Part shown: positions 1 to 12,248 of the stretch, piece after piece
How positions within the stretch are numbered: the stretch's first letter is position 1
Layout of the letters: each line of letters starts with the position of its first letter
Source of the DNA: Paraphysomonas bandaiensis
Taxonomy: Eukaryota; Protista; Chrysophyceae
Length of the DNA: 64,000 nucleotides
Direction: 5' to 3'
Assembly (NCBI GenBank): GCA_965644295.1
Contig: CBFFRP010000435.1
Coordinates: 124,001 to 188,000 of the forward strand
Program-made: the position numbers and the translations under genes
Notes under the pieces: model-generated
Databases searched by the model: none
What the model saw: the letters and a program-made list of their open reading frames with translations, nothing else
What the model was told of the DNA's origin: nothing

Positions 1-10
1 TAAGCATCAC

Positions 11-1006
11 GTGACTGAACTGCGGGAGCGAGTGCCCGATATCACATTTGATATTGCCAGTTCTGGTGCAGAGTGGTGGATCCAAGTTAAGGATTTGTCG
101 GAAAGGAAAGAACCTGAGTCAGTGAAAAGCGGTCCCGCCATTGACGTGCACTATGACAAAGATGAGGACGTTGCAGAAAAGTTTTCTGTGGGTCTGTTCC
201 CTGTTATATCTACAGTAACTTACCTTGCTGTTCCTGACTCTGTAGCCCAGCCAACTGTAATATTCCAACACACCGCTAACGACCCTGTAGGACAGCCTAT
301 TAAGGACTTCTATATATCATACCCTAGGGAGAGTAAGCACATATCATTCGACGGCAGACTGTTGCATGGGGCGCCGCACAACGTAAATCTTAACAATTGG
401 TGGCAAAGTGGCGGCATGTCGCATACCTCTTGCGACGACGCCACAGATGAAACCGATAAGGCACTGCGCATTACATTCCTTGTGAATGTGTGGTTAAACC
501 ACCATCCCTCTGGTATTCAACCACTCTCTTCAGAGATTGCCTGTAATCTATGCTCTCGGCCAGCGTCGCCGCTATCGACGGAGCTGACTATAAGGAATTC
601 CATTAATTTAACAACGGTTTATGTCTGCCATGACGGGACAAGCGCTACGGAAATGTCGGAAAATATGAGTGGGTCTGTCGATGCGGTGGTACATGCGATG
701 GAGCAGTGTAATATGTCAGAACATTCTCTGAATCAGCAGGTCTCTCGCGTCGCGCTTGAGGTCTGCCTTCCATTTGTTACTGCAGACAGCACTTGGGGTA
801 TAGAAGAGGACGATGATGCGCTCATTGTGCGTATGTATTTGCCCGAACCGGTGAGCTCAACATCAGATAGTTATCACCTACACTGCTTGGATGACGAGTG
901 TGCCGCTAGAGTAGAGTATATTGACGATGAGGAAGGTAGTCAAACAGGAGCTGATGATAGCAGTAGTGGGAGTTGTACTCCTGGTGGTAGTAATGGAGAC
1001 TCATAA
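11..1006 (+). CDS. Uncharacterised 2OG-Fe(II) dioxygenase-like protein (probably 5'-incomplete)
   Basis: 331-aa ORF with HxD (HYDKDE), distal His (DGRLLHGA) and RITFLVNVW, in the order expected for a double-stranded beta-helix oxygenase. It has an acidic tail. The ORF starts at GTG near the window edge. Confidence 0.55.
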   Translation: MTELRERVPDITFDIASSGAEWWIQVKDLSERKEPESVKSGPAIDVHYDKDEDVAEKFSVGLFPVISTVTYLAVPDSVAQPTVIFQHTANDPVGQPIKDFYISYPRESKHISFDGRLLHGAPHNVNLNNWWQSGGMSHTSCDDATDETDKALRITFLVNVWLNHHPSGIQPLSSEIACNLCSRPASPLSTELTIRNSINLTTVYVCHDGTSATEMSENMSGSVDAVVHAMEQCNMSEHSLNQQVSRVALEVCLPFVTADSTWGIEEDDDALIVRMYLPEPVSSTSDSYHLHCLDDECAARVEYIDDEEGSQTGADDSSSGSCTPGGSNGDS

Positions 1007-1786
1007 ATAGCTATTGAATAAGTATTACCCTCATTTAAGATTATATCGATATTTGTATTCTGCATTAGAAATCTGGCTATATTTTCTTCATCTCAACCGA
1101 TTCAAAAGTGGAGTATTCAGATTGGATAATATCTTGTACTCATGGATCGCTTTTACAATTACCACCCTAGCTTAGGCTAGATACAGTCTAGTAAAATATA
1201 GTGTTCTTAACGACGTTGCGCTATTCGGCGTTTATATCAAATGAGGACGAAATATTCTAAATAATTGCTAAATGCATTGGTCGACTTAAGATATAAAATA
1301 CAAAGTCTTCTGAGACGGTATTTTGTTGCTTTTCCTATTGAGTTTTTTGTTGTCAAACAAATAAATACCGTGGATTAAACGATTATAGTTTACAACGAGC
1401 ACACCAACGCATCTCTATATATCTCACATGAGGCAATGCGTGAAGTTAGAGCTACTGATTTTCTATAAGAATTAACGAATAAACCTTTTACATGAAATAT
1501 CAGTAGTTGTGAGATTAAGATACAGTTCGACATCTGTTCACTACAATCCATCTATCACAACTATTAAAAGCTTTAATGGTTTGTACATTATCGAAGCAAT
1601 TGTTAAAAGCTTTAATGGCTTGTGGATTTTTCGAAACAATTGTTGATTAAATTACGTGCCCGGACAGGTTAAGTACTACTTGAATCGACTTCCTATTGAA
1701 ACATAAGGTATATTGCTTGGAGGCAACATAAGACTTTATTGTTTAATCGTACCTGTGAAAACAGCTTCCTTGACACACATGGGTGA

Positions 1787-2377
1787 CTACTTTGTCTTCT
1801 GCGCCGACTGTGACGCAAATTTCTTTTTATTTTCCTTCACAATCTCAGAAATTTTTGATTGAAATCCAGGTTTATAACCAAGCATGAAGAATACTTCCAT
1901 GAGCACAAATAATGGTGCCATAATAAACGCTTGGAAGAGATTGTCAAATAATGCAGGTGATCTGCCTTCATGTACACCATGTCCATAAAACTGGGCAATC
2001 CAACAGACTACATGAACAATAATACCAAGTTTCCAAGGTTCATGATCGGCGTATTCATCTTTTATAAAGGCAGTGGATACGTACGAAAACAGAACCAAAA
2101 GTGATGCGAATGGGCCCACGACACCAGGAAGTTCAATAACCAAGTAATAAAAAAAATAAAAAGCAGCTATAGGAAACGCATATGTACACGTTGATACAAC
2201 AGGAAGCAATTTTGCCACGCTTTCTAATCCAGGGACCTCAGATGTGTACTGTAAAAACAAAACTGCAGTCCAGAGAATTGGCCACACGCAAAATATGTGG
2301 ATTAGTTTATTAATACTGTTATCGTGATAGCTGGCATAGAAGCCGAAAGATCTCTCCAGCCAAGAATACTTTGACAT
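1787..2377 (-). CDS. MPO1: Mpo1/DUF962 family 2-hydroxy fatty acid dioxygenase (ER membrane)
   Basis: Motifs FYASYHDNSINKLIHIFCVWPILWT and QFYGHGVHEGRSPALFDNLFQAFIMAPLFV, plus hydrophobic helices. Confidence 0.85.
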   Translation of the reverse strand: MSKYSWLERSFGFYASYHDNSINKLIHIFCVWPILWTAVLFLQYTSEVPGLESVAKLLPVVSTCTYAFPIAAFYFFYYLVIELPGVVGPFASLLVLFSYVSTAFIKDEYADHEPWKLGIIVHVVCWIAQFYGHGVHEGRSPALFDNLFQAFIMAPLFVLMEVFFMLGYKPGFQSKISEIVKENKKKFASQSAQKTK

Positions 2378-2964
2378 TGTTGAGCTACAATGAGGAGAAT
2401 TCGTGAATATGAAATATGAGGGTAAGAAATAATTGAAGCGATGAAGTTTGTGCTGGAGATACTGAAGGGCTGCATAGATGTATACAGCAGCATCTATACA
2501 GTGCTGTGGTATGAGCGATGTCTAGATGCATGGAATATCTATATGCTATGGTATGCATCAGCATACTCTGCCGTAGAATCTGTTTATACGGTGTGTATGC
2601 CATGTATACCGCTGTCCAGAAGATACGTCTGTTACAACAACATCCGTTTATACAGCAGGATGTACAGCAGTATGCAGTGTACTGGCAACACCTGCTTGTA
2701 GGTATACTGCAGTAGTACACATCATAGGCAGGTTGCTATGTATATGTCTATGTCTATGTATAGCAGTGTATGTACAGTGTGTATGTACGGCGCAGTTATG
2801 TAAAGAATTCAAATACAATTAAACTAATTACCCCCTCCTGCATCCTATCCACACTGCAGCAGACAGAGACTGCTAACACTCACTATAGTACCATCGGGTG
2901 AAGTAAACTTCCCCTGCATAGCTCCTGTAGTTCTTCCTATCACAGGGCTGTTATTAGAAGAGAA

Positions 2965-5900
2965 ATGTCTAAAGACGTTAAGCCCCAGATATATTACTAC
3001 ATTCGTTCAGGATGGCACGACCAGCTCATAGACTACTGCGACAGCATAATGTCGAAGAAGGGAAAGGACCCAACTTCTATATTCTGGAGGGCGTATGCGC
3101 TTGGCATGACGAATAACATACCTGAATGCATTCGGCAGCTGGAGAGTTTTCAATCTCGGCGCGATATGCAATACCCTGTTAACCTGGCCCTGCTATACTT
3201 TCACCAACGTGCTGCGAATGTAGATCATGATGTTGTGGATACGTTGACGGCGGAATTGGGTATTGCAGAGGATGTCACGGTACGTTGATGTATTTCGGTC
3301 TCTGCTTCACCAACGCATATATCTGTAGAAAGATGTGGGCCTTGTCTTGGCTGCGCGATTTTCTCTATTTACCAAAGACTATGAAAATGCATATAGACTA
3401 ACACAGAGGCTGTTGTCGCGTGCAGATACTCCCTCTACACCTTCTGAGATTGAGGCTCTTGCTATAGAATACTGGTGCACTATACAAGAGATTCAATCCT
3501 CTGTCCGTTCCTCAGTTTCCATCGATGATGATATGCAACGTCTGCAACGGATCGACTCGTTCATGAGAGGTCGCAGTGATTCTGGTTCTGACCTTGACTT
3601 GCTGATGGCGTGGGCGCAATCACGAGCTGTCTTGGGACGAGGCATGGATGCTATCAACGTGCTGAATAAGGTACTTTATTGTTCCTTATTTTTGCAAAGT
3701 TAGCGCTCACACTGACTTCTGGTCTTCTTTTTTGTCTCTTACGCTTATATGCAGGTTATTGCAACATATCCCTCGTTTGTACCGGGACTGACGGAGAAGG
3801 CGCTCCTGCTGGCCTCCGCCGGAGAATGGGATCAAGCCCTTGACACCGCTCAGAGGGCACTGGACGTAGACAGCAAAAACTTCGATGCTCTTAAGGTACG
3901 ATTATAGTAAAGTGACGATATATATTGTTGTCCAGGAGCGCTGTGTATGTAATTTGACGAGTATACGGTATAACTGTTGTTCCGATTGGCGCTTAGTATT
4001 CGTATATGTTCAGGTGGTTGCTGTACATGCCTTCACGCAGGAGGCACATTTAGATGACGCTGTCGTTAAGTTCGAGGACCTTTATGACTCTATTTCCCAA
4101 CGGGAGCCCCACGCCACTGAACTGTGCTTCAGAACCGCGCAACTTTTTTCCCGAATTTGTTGTCGGCAAAGTCGCGCACTGCAAATTTGCCAACACATGC
4201 TTGACCAAGCGGTGCGACTGTGCCCCCAAAACCCCGACTATTTTTCTGAGGCTGGGCATGTGCATATGCTCAATGGCCAGTATCAGTCTGCTATGAAAAT
4301 GTTCAAGGAGTCATCTCGGCGGGATGCGCAGAGTTTTAGGGCTCTGGAGGGAATGATTCAGTGTCAGCTATATGAGGGACTATTGGACGATGCGGAGGCG
4401 CAGATTGAGCTAATGTCTGTCATGCATGGAGACTCTGACGACGCACTCAGTCCAGAGTTTACATACCTTCAGGTATTGCTACTCGCGATTCACCATTACT
4501 CTGTTTCTGTCTATTTTGAATGCGTGTGCAGTGCAGTATCTACGTTTTCGTTTCATGTTTCTATGCCTGGTATAATTATGTCGATTAGGCACTGTTGGCG
4601 TTGCGAAAGAGAAGAGATCTGAAGATGCACTTAGAAAAATTGGACGAGTGTCAGCATGGATTTTTTGAGAAGGCATCGCAACTCCAACGGACCACATATG
4701 TACCTCCTATGCAGGAACTGGTAATCATGAACCCGGATTTTCTTCTTCAGGTAAACACTTGTAGGAATCTATTCAGATGCCACTTGCTAACACCACTATG
4801 CAGCTGGGTGTATCATACATGACGCACCTCGAGAGTCCCCTACCTGCTTCTCTGTCAGGCGGAGACAGTGTAGCGTCACCCAGCAAAGCATCTTCGTCCT
4901 CCGGCCTGGCTGGCTCGTCTGGAGTCAGCAAACCAACCGCAGCTGTTGAGAGTGGTATCAATGTCCTGCAACAAGTTATGAAACTAATGCCAGGAATGAT
5001 TGCAATATATATCGAGATGGCACGTGTACATCTGGCTCTTAACAAACACGAGGAGGCCTATCGCCAGTTGCGTCAGTGTCTTCAAATGCATCCTAATAGT
5101 GCACCTGCCCTCGTTGCCATGGCAAAAGTTGAACTGAGTCGGGAAAACACGGCGGCTGCCAATCGTGCCTTGGAGCAAGCACTATCCAGCGACTTCTCCG
5201 TTCGCAGTGTTCCACTGTTCAAACTTGTGCAAGCCTCAGTGAAAGCGCAGCAAGGAAAATACGACGAAGCCATCACTGACCTTGAGGACCTCATTGCTCT
5301 CCCGGAGTTCAAATCTGTGACTGGCTCTTCCGACGGAGGAAACAGTGCGCGTATGCCCACCGACTCTCTCCGATTGACAGAAGACGACATTGTCACTGCC
5401 TATGTGGTTCAGTCTTCGATGCTCGGCAAGCTCGGAAGGCACAAAGAGGCTCGTAAGCTTCTCGCTAATGCTAAGGTGATGTTTGCAGGAACCAATCAAG
5501 AGGTACAGGTTCTCGTTGCGTCGAGTCAATTAGCTGTCGAAAGAAATGACTACGACACCGCAATACGTACCCTCGACAAGATCGCCGAGGATAGCCCAAC
5601 GTTTTTAAGAGCACAGATGATCAAGGCTGAGATCTTACTGGTTCAGTGTCGGGATAAAGAAGGCTACACAAAATGCTATCAGAATTTGGTTAAACTCTTT
5701 CCCTCTACAAAAACATACGCACTTCTCGGGGAAGCATTTATTCGCATCCTTAACCCGGAGGCAGCTGTGGGGGCCTTTAAGAGTGCATATAAGCTCGACC
5801 CCCGCAACGTGTCTTTGCGCGCACGTATTGGTAAATCACTTGTTGCCACTCACGAATATCACCAGGCGATTGACTTCTACGAGAGTTCTTTGCGTGACAT

Positions 5901-8003
5901 GTCTGTGGACTACAGCAGTGGTTCTGGTGGTGTGTCATCTGCGGGGGAGACCGTCCCTCTTGCTCATGATCTGGCAAAGCTGTATATTAAATTAGGCCGT
6001 ATGGAAAGCGCAAGCCGGGTCTTAACTCGCACTCTACATAATGAGAGCTGCAAGGACACAACAGATATGAAGGAGGATGTGGAAACACTCCGGTTGCTAT
6101 CATCTGTGCAACTCAGCAACTCGCAGACCACACGTGAGGTTGTAGGGACACTCAAGCGTGCCCGGGACCTACAAAAAGATGTTGTCAATAGTTTAAGGAC
6201 GAACTCAATATCAAGCGCGGATGCCATCGAGGCCGAGAGGGCTATTCTATCTGACATCTGCGCCACTATGGGTCACTGCTACATGGAGGAGGATGGGAAC
6301 GATGACAGCTCAGAGAAAGTTTTAAATGAAGCTCTACAGCATAACCCGCACAACACCAAGGCCATGTTCGACCTCGCACGTCTGAGATTCAGACGTGGAG
6401 AGAATGAGCAATGTGCAACTCAATGTAACAAAATTCTGTCAGCCAACTCATCAGACGAGGCCGCATCAGTTATGCTCGCGGACATTCTATTTAAGGACGA
6501 AGCAAACTCACCAGGAGCTTGTTTAGAGCCTCTTCAGAAACTGCTCGGCCTCCACCCAAATAGTTACAAGGCCCTGGAAAAATTGATAGTGTACATGCGT
6601 CGTCTCGGTCGTCTCCATGAAGTTCCACCCTTCATTGAAAGTGCCGAGAAGTCGGACAGGAGGAGCGGCACCCACGCAGGGCTTCACTACTGCAAAGGCC
6701 TGTACGCGAGATATACTAATGATGTTGTGAACGCAGTAGTGGAATTCAATCTTTCACGGAAAGACGCCATATGGGGGGCAGATTCACTTGTGCACATGAT
6801 TGAACTTTACCTCAACCCCGACCAGGAAGGCGTATGGGAGGATAAAGAAGGTAAAGAAGGAGAGAATTACGCCATGGATGAGGAGTTCGCAGACAACATA
6901 CATGTGGCCCAGACTCTGCTTGACGAACTTAGGCCAATCGCAAAGTACGTGTAGTAGTTTCCTCGCTAATGCACTTCATGGTTCTAGGGGAATTGTCGTT
7001 GCGCATGCTTTTTACCTCGTATTGTACACTTTCCAGTATTACACAGTCGTTTAATACAATATATTGATTCAGGGACCAAAAGCGTGTTCAGATCCTCGAG
7101 AACTACACCCAGTTAGCATCTAAGCAGAAAGGAAATGTCGACCGAGCCATGCAGAGTTTCATCGATATGCTCGAGGAAGACAAGGATTACCTACCTGCAG
7201 TGCTTGGGATGGCCACGGGATTTATGATTGAGAAGTCACAGGTGTGTAATCTCTCTCGTAATGATTGTGATGTTGAACTAAGAATACTGGCATTAAATTA
7301 AAGCACAAAGCACGGAACCTTTTAAAGCGTGTGGCTAAAATGGAGGTACTATTCATCGCAGGATGTCAATTATTTCCTTTATACATATTTTCATACAGAT
7401 GTCGCACTTGGATGGAGAGGATTTCGAAAAAGCTAACCTGTTTCTCGCTAAATTTTACGTTGATAAGGTGGCTATTACTTACGGTGACTCAATTTGTCAG
7501 TCATATACGTGGTATAGGCGAAGTATGATCTAGCTCAGGAGCTATGCAAACGATGCTTAGCTCAGAATAAGAGTTGTTCTCAGGTATCCGGAGCTGTGAT
7601 ACTTGATATCCAAATTTCCTGATGTGCTTTTAGGCGTGGGAAATACTCGCACTCGCCATGGAGAAGGAAATGGACTACAGAAATGCTGCTGATTGCTATG
7701 AAAAGGCAAATTGATGATATTATTTTTTTCTTTGTTGTAATTATTTGATGTCTGTAGGCTTGGAAACTAGAATTTGAAGCCTCAGCAACTGTTGGGTTCA
7801 AACTTGCATTCAATTACCTCAAGTGCAATATGAATGTGGAAGCTATCGATATCTGCGAAAAGGTACTTACTTTTACATATTTTGTGTGATTGCTCTCTGT
7901 GTACGTATGCTAAGATGCAAAATAGGTGTTGGCGCTGTATCCTGATTACCCTAGAATTCGGGTAGAAATTTTGCAGCGGGCTCAAAGCAATATGAGACCA
8001 TAG
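2965..8003 (+). CDS. TTC21B: Tetratricopeptide repeat protein 21B / IFT139 (IFT-A subunit), multi-exon
   Basis: TPR-rich ORFs from 2965 to 6954 are joined by short introns. The spliced C-terminus [24 protein letters not shown]|[22 protein letters not shown]...[21 protein letters not shown] matches the TTC21 family end. Stop codon at 8001-8003. Confidence 0.92.
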
Positions 8004-8271
8004 TATTTTAAAATAATAGCTGCGTAGTTGCTTCTGTGTTGGGAGTAGGTGTGCTATATGCATGAACTTTCATTTTGGTCTAGATGAGACCGTACGAGAG
8101 GATTGGTCAAGCTACTGACTTTCTTGTACATCGTAAATTTATATGGTACTAAGGAAATACGATTGTATTCACAAGTGGTATATGAAAACAGTTCTCCAAT
8201 AGGCACCGTAGCTTGTGTACTATGCTACTTTATACTTTATATTCCATTTACACAAAGTTATATATTTAGTA

Positions 8272-9060
8272 TCAGGGCTGCATATCAGTTAATTGTCAAT
8301 TATTCAAATTACAATAATTGAAATTAGGACATCAAATCATAATTGCAATTATAATTTACTCCAGCTTGCTTCAATTAGTTGATCAATTAATTACAGAAGG
8401 AAGGTGAACACCAGCTTGGCCTTCACGACGTTCGCATATAGTTCGACGAATTCATCATAAGCCACCCAATTGTCGAGCGTTATCTGGGCGATAATGCTTC
8501 TTTCGAAAAGGCAGTCGTTATTGACTATTGGTCTTTTTGACAATGAAGATTGTTAAGAGATAGACTAGATAGACTATTTTATTAAATTGCATACACATTT
8601 GTGTGTGTAGTTATGTAAAACATGTCAACAACATGGTAATTTATTTCGTTTATGTCAACCACTGCTCAACTTCCGTATCTTGAATAGTCATGATACAACA
8701 CTGCAGTTTCACAGTTATAGCTATATAGTATCTTTGACTACGCATTACTGTTTTTTACATTGTATTTACGTATTCCGTATTCTACAGTACTATCTTATAG
8801 AACAATACGTATTCCAACAGTCGTGAAGATTCGATGTGGCAATGAAGCCGCATTAACTCGGACGGAAAAGGATCAAATTAAAATAGTTTGCTCGATGAGG
8901 ATGAAGAAGAAGATGACATAAAATGACGACGCAGCGCAACGTTTGATTGATGGTAGCAGGTAACGGAGGCGAGCAAAACTTAACCAGCAAACTCGTTACC
9001 ACAACCAATAAGTAGAGCTAAGAAAGGTTTGCGCAAGAGTATGACTCCTCGACATTTAGA
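8272..9060 (+). mobile_element. Decayed hAT transposon remnant
   Basis: Begins CAGGGCTGCA followed by AATTG-rich subterminal repeats. Remnant peptides LHDVRI*FDEF..YLGDNASFEKAVV and LRKSMTPRHLE align with the hAT ORF at 20428. It is cut off by the retroposon at ~9065. Confidence 0.7.
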
Positions 9061-9064
9061 GAGA

Positions 9065-10078
9065 CACTCCCTCTCGACTCCCTGTTGCTGGACACACCGG
9101 ATGACCCTCATATCCCACTCCTGTGCAGCTATACACTCTCTTGCATGTGCTCTCTACCGTTGGCTAAGACAGCAAAAGAGTCGATTTCGACGCTTCTTCA
9201 CAGTAGGCCATAACCTTTTGCAAAACCTTCATCCACATACCTCCGAGCCACTTGGCACAATGCCTAAAGGAAGGCCACCAGATTGCCAATCTCAGCAGGG
9301 TATAGGACTGTTTCCCCTGGTTGCCGTGAGGTACATAAGGCAGTCCCCGATGCAAATTGCACACAATGTAGTAGTGAATGTCTGATTATTTAGCAATAGG
9401 CGTTGAGACCTTGCATCAATTAGTGGCTAGAAGAATGCTAGTCATACTAGTTAGACCACTACCCGTAACTAATCAATACAACCTCTTTTATCCTACTATT
9501 TAACGCTACGAAAGCTGCTTGTGCGTCGCCGCAAGCACCAAGGTGCAACCACTTCCGTTCTTTTTGTGTGATATGAAATTCGCCTTTATCGTGTGTCCGT
9601 GGACTCACCGGCGCTTTTGATCTGGGGGTCTCCCTTTGGGATGGGTCTCCAGTGGTTTTGGAGGGGGCTCAGCATTGCACACAATGTATGTGTAGTCTTA
9701 AGCGTTCCAGTGTTGTAGTACACTTAGATCACTGCTTTCACTTGTCATGCTGTACGTTGCACAACGTGTCCCTTATATACACATCTATTATATAACGAGT
9801 GGTCTCATCCCAAGGGGACACCTCTAGATCACACGCGCCGGTGAGTCCCAAGACACACGATCATGGCGAGCCTCATAACACACACAAAGAACGGAAGTGT
9901 TCGCACCTTGGTGCTTGCGGCGACGCACAAGCAGCTTCTGTAGCGTTAAATAGTAGGATAAAAGAGTTTGTATTGACTAGTTACGGGTAGAGGTCTAAAT
10001 AGTTTGTCTAGCATTCTTCAGCCACTAATTGGTGCAGGCTTTCAACGCCTATTGCTAAATAATTAGACATTCAATATA
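9065..10078 (+). mobile_element. Retroposon family, body A plus shared 3' module, with a nested antisense copy (9371-9673)
   Basis: 9065-9370 and ~9795-10078 are colinear with 52365-52972. 9371-9673 is a reverse-complement copy bounded by a duplicated ATTGCACACAATGTA (9356-9370 and 9674-9688). Confidence 0.8.
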
Positions 10079-10434
10079 TATCTCTTCGCAGTTGTTAAAG
10101 TACATGCCAACACCCAGAAGTTAGATATACTACAACAAAGTTAAGTAAGCATGACTTGTATATGTAGTATGTAAAGTTGTCGGTTTTCAGCATTGCATCA
10201 GCATCATTAGTTACAGAGTGACAAGGGAGGGGTGAGAGAGCTAACTATATAAGCTGTTGTTGTATGCACAAAATTGATTCGTTGCATATCTGCCCCTTAA
10301 CCGAGGTAATGATCATGAATATAAGTATACACGAAATTCATACACGGTCCATGGCGCAATACATAAAAAAACGCTATCATATTCACACCATTGCCACCTT
10401 ATACCCAGGGGCAGGGTTGCAATCACATCACGCT

Positions 10435-11355
10435 CTAAAACATGCTCTTAAAGGCAGAAGTCTGTCTCGTGTAATATAACGGCAAGAGAATAAGCACGAA
10501 AAATATTTTTAGTGCTACAGTATTTTCCGTGGTAGTGTGAAAATACATTGCTGTAAACAGCATTGACCGTAAGCACATACCTATCATAGAGACGCTCGCA
10601 ACGATGGATGCAGCATAAGCCCATGTTGTAGGAGCAGATGCAGGTAAAGGTGTTGCGTAGGTTGTGGAGTGAATCACATATGTCAGCTCAAGAGCGCAGG
10701 GTATTAAAAAGTGAGCCAGAAAAAGAACAATGTGATCGGAGTAGTCGAAATTGTCCCGGCATCTGATATACGTTCAATACACCTCAACAACACAATGGTA
10801 CTCGTACCTGCCCGAGTGCACAAGGTGTGAATACCAACAATCCGAGTGAGGAGGATCTTGTACACTCATCTCTAATAAACCTCCGAACACATATAATACA
10901 ACCTGCAACACTGGGAGTAACTATCGAAGTATTAGAAGTAAAAATCGACTTACAGTTCGGAATATGAATATGCTAAGATATAAACTGATTCGTTTGAAAT
11001 GTGCTTTATATTTCCTATTGAGAACGCCGAAGAAAGCATCAGATATTATAGTCAATGCTGCCGGCATCAGGGGCAGGGCCCATGCCCATACAGAGGACAT
11101 GATCTGAGTGGGTCTGTCATATGCTGCCACACAGGCCCAGTCAGAGCGGTGATACATATGATCACAACAAAAATCAGATGCCCGTAACTCATTAATAAGA
11201 AGACCATGGCTACATTGACTCGATGAAAAGCGAGAGTACTTATGCTGATTCCCATTAAGAGCACTCCCTAAATATATAGTAGCACAAGCCACTAGCACTA
11301 GACACACAACTATATTCAGTGACACTGGTCGCATGGAAGATTTCACGTCCTGCAT
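10435..11355 (-). CDS. FIT/Scs3-like (fat storage-inducing transmembrane / acyl-CoA diphosphatase-like) membrane protein, 3 exons
   Basis: Introns at ~10903-10953 and ~10763-10807. The spliced protein has FDYSDHIVLFL and FTAMYFHTTTE, resembling the two His motifs of FIT proteins, plus several TM helices. Confidence 0.6.
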
Positions 11356-11627
11356 CCTTGCTGCTGGTGGATGTTTATGACACTATCTAATAGCTAGTTT
11401 CTTATCTCATACATGTATATGTCTATATATATGCATCAACAAGAAACACAACACACTCGTGGAATACAATGGAATACAATGGAATACTGTCACTGTTTTA
11501 TGTACATTGTACAGCAGTACATTGCGTGGCAAAGTACAGCAAAATACTGCTGTATAGTGTACGACACCTGGCTGCACTGGACATACGGCCGCTACTTCAT
11601 CACGCATAGCCATCATATCCGGCCACA

Positions 11628-11651
11628 TATCTACATATATATATATGTAGA

Positions 11652-11682
<31 letters not shown>

Positions 11683-11705
11683 ATGTATGTATCTATATAT
11701 ATAGA
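11628..11705. repeat. (TA)n/(TATC)n microsatellite
   Basis: Directly visible simple repeats. Confidence 0.9.
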
Positions 11706-12248
11706 TGGTGATGTAAAACATGCAGACACTTCTTGTACCGTTGATTGCATTGAAGCATGTAATGTGTAATATGTAAGGGATTTATTTCTTTGCGGCAGAT
11801 CACTGGAGAGGTGGTTTAATGTGGATATGCAGTAGATATTATTCTACTTCTTCCTGTGGGACCAATAGAGCCTGATAATTGTGAAGGGAGATCTTTAGTA
11901 ATGTGACCATCCCCGTAAAGAATGGGATCACATACATCGAGCGTTAAGTGATGTTGTTGTATGAATAATAGTAAATATGGCTTTCATGTTACTTATTACT
12001 TAGTGATTACTATTCGGCATGATAGAGAATTTACCCACTACAACAGAGCTATACGTTTCAATATTTCTACTCATAGCACACAGCATGATACACAGTGACC
12101 CTGTAAGTTCGAATCAGTGCAACTACCATATGCTTGACCGGTGTATTTAGAACTATTCTACTTGAAAGTACAGCAAAAAGCTTAATAATATAAAATAAAG
12201 ATGTCACAGTTATTCCTTTTACTATGTAACAAATTATACTATGTAACA

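Noticed and set aside
2385-2800. Cys/Tyr-rich short ORFs between MPO1 and TTC21B (similar ones at 11407-11769)
   Set aside because: Translations of low-complexity TACAG/GTAT intergenic DNA with no protein motifs.
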